DNA of 63,098 bases, the filler included, from Chiloscyllium plagiosum (lineage: Eukaryota), in NCBI RefSeq assembly GCF_004010195.1. It is 6 parts of 2 records of this genome, joined end to end, with 100 filler letters (N's around TTAATTAATTAA, not from the genome) between each part and the next. Parts side by side here need not be neighbours in the genome. Positions count along the whole stretch, not along the records: positions 59,930 to 63,098 come from NC_057717.1; 5 more parts are not named here. One strand, given 5' to 3'. Positions within the stretch are counted from its first letter, which is position 1. Every line of letters begins with the position of its first letter. Positions 62,565 to 63,098 of this stretch are shown here, piece after piece. The translations under genes and the position numbers were made by a program. The notes beneath the pieces are model-generated. The model was not told where the DNA came from. It saw nothing but the letters and a program-made list of their open reading frames with translations, and made no database searches.

Positions 62565-63098
62565 CACTCGCTGTCTTCTGTTGGCCAGCCAATTCTGTAT
62601 CCAGATAGCTAAGTTCCCCTGTATCCCAGTCCTCCTGACCTTCTGAATGAGCCTACCATGGGGAACCATGAGAAAAATGCCTTGCTGTAGTCCATATACA
62701 CCACATTCACAGCTCGACCCTCATCAACTTTTCTAGTCACATCCTAAAAGAAGTCGTGAGGTTAATGAGGCATGACCTGCCCCTCACAAAGCCGTGTTGA
62801 CTACATTTAATCAAACCATGCTCTTCCAGATGGTCATAAATCCTATCCCTCGGAATCTTTCTAACACCTTACAGACGACAGACGTGAGACTTACTGGTCT
62901 GTAATTGCCAGGGATTTCCCTATTTCCTTTCTTGAGGAGAAGAATTGCATTTGCCTCTCTCCAGTCCTCAGGTACGACTCCAGTGGAGAGCGAGGATGCA
63001 AAGATCTTTGCAAGTGGCGAAGCAATTGCATTTCTCGTTTCCCAAAGCAGCTGAGGACAAATCTGGTCCGGGCCTGGCGACTTGTCAATCTTAATGTT
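62565..63098 (-). mobile_element. CR1 RT region, minus strand
   Basis: VPHGRLIQKV...WIQNWLANRRQRV; QHGFVRGRSCL; GNYRPVSLTS. Confidence 0.92.

Overview
This is repeat-dense vertebrate DNA, very probably from a cartilaginous fish (shark); I infer this from HE1/V-SINE-like elements and the CR1 families present. It comes from a gapped draft assembly, and I found no credible intact host protein-coding gene. The window is a mosaic of decayed CR1 LINEs, a second CR1/L2-group LINE, tRNA-derived SINEs, two Gypsy LTR relics with the unusual Gmr1-type domain order (integrase before RT/RNase H), a class I (gamma/epsilon-like) endogenous retrovirus pol fragment, and many Penelope-like (GIY-YIG) elements. 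The most striking signal is that the Penelope pseudo-LTRs carry minimal hammerhead-ribozyme cores (CUGANGA-stem-GAAAC-GUC) of at least 3-4 sequence families. These include ~185-230 bp non-coding fold-back inserts with target-site duplications, and two insertions have their empty pre-insertion site preserved in paralogous duplicates inside this window. Also present are an ~11 kb tandem segmental duplication, a third older paralog of a unique-looking block, a cryptic ~42-bp degenerate array, and a 190-bp-arm inverted repeat. All alignments and identities were judged by eye, and element boundaries are approximate unless a TSD is quoted.
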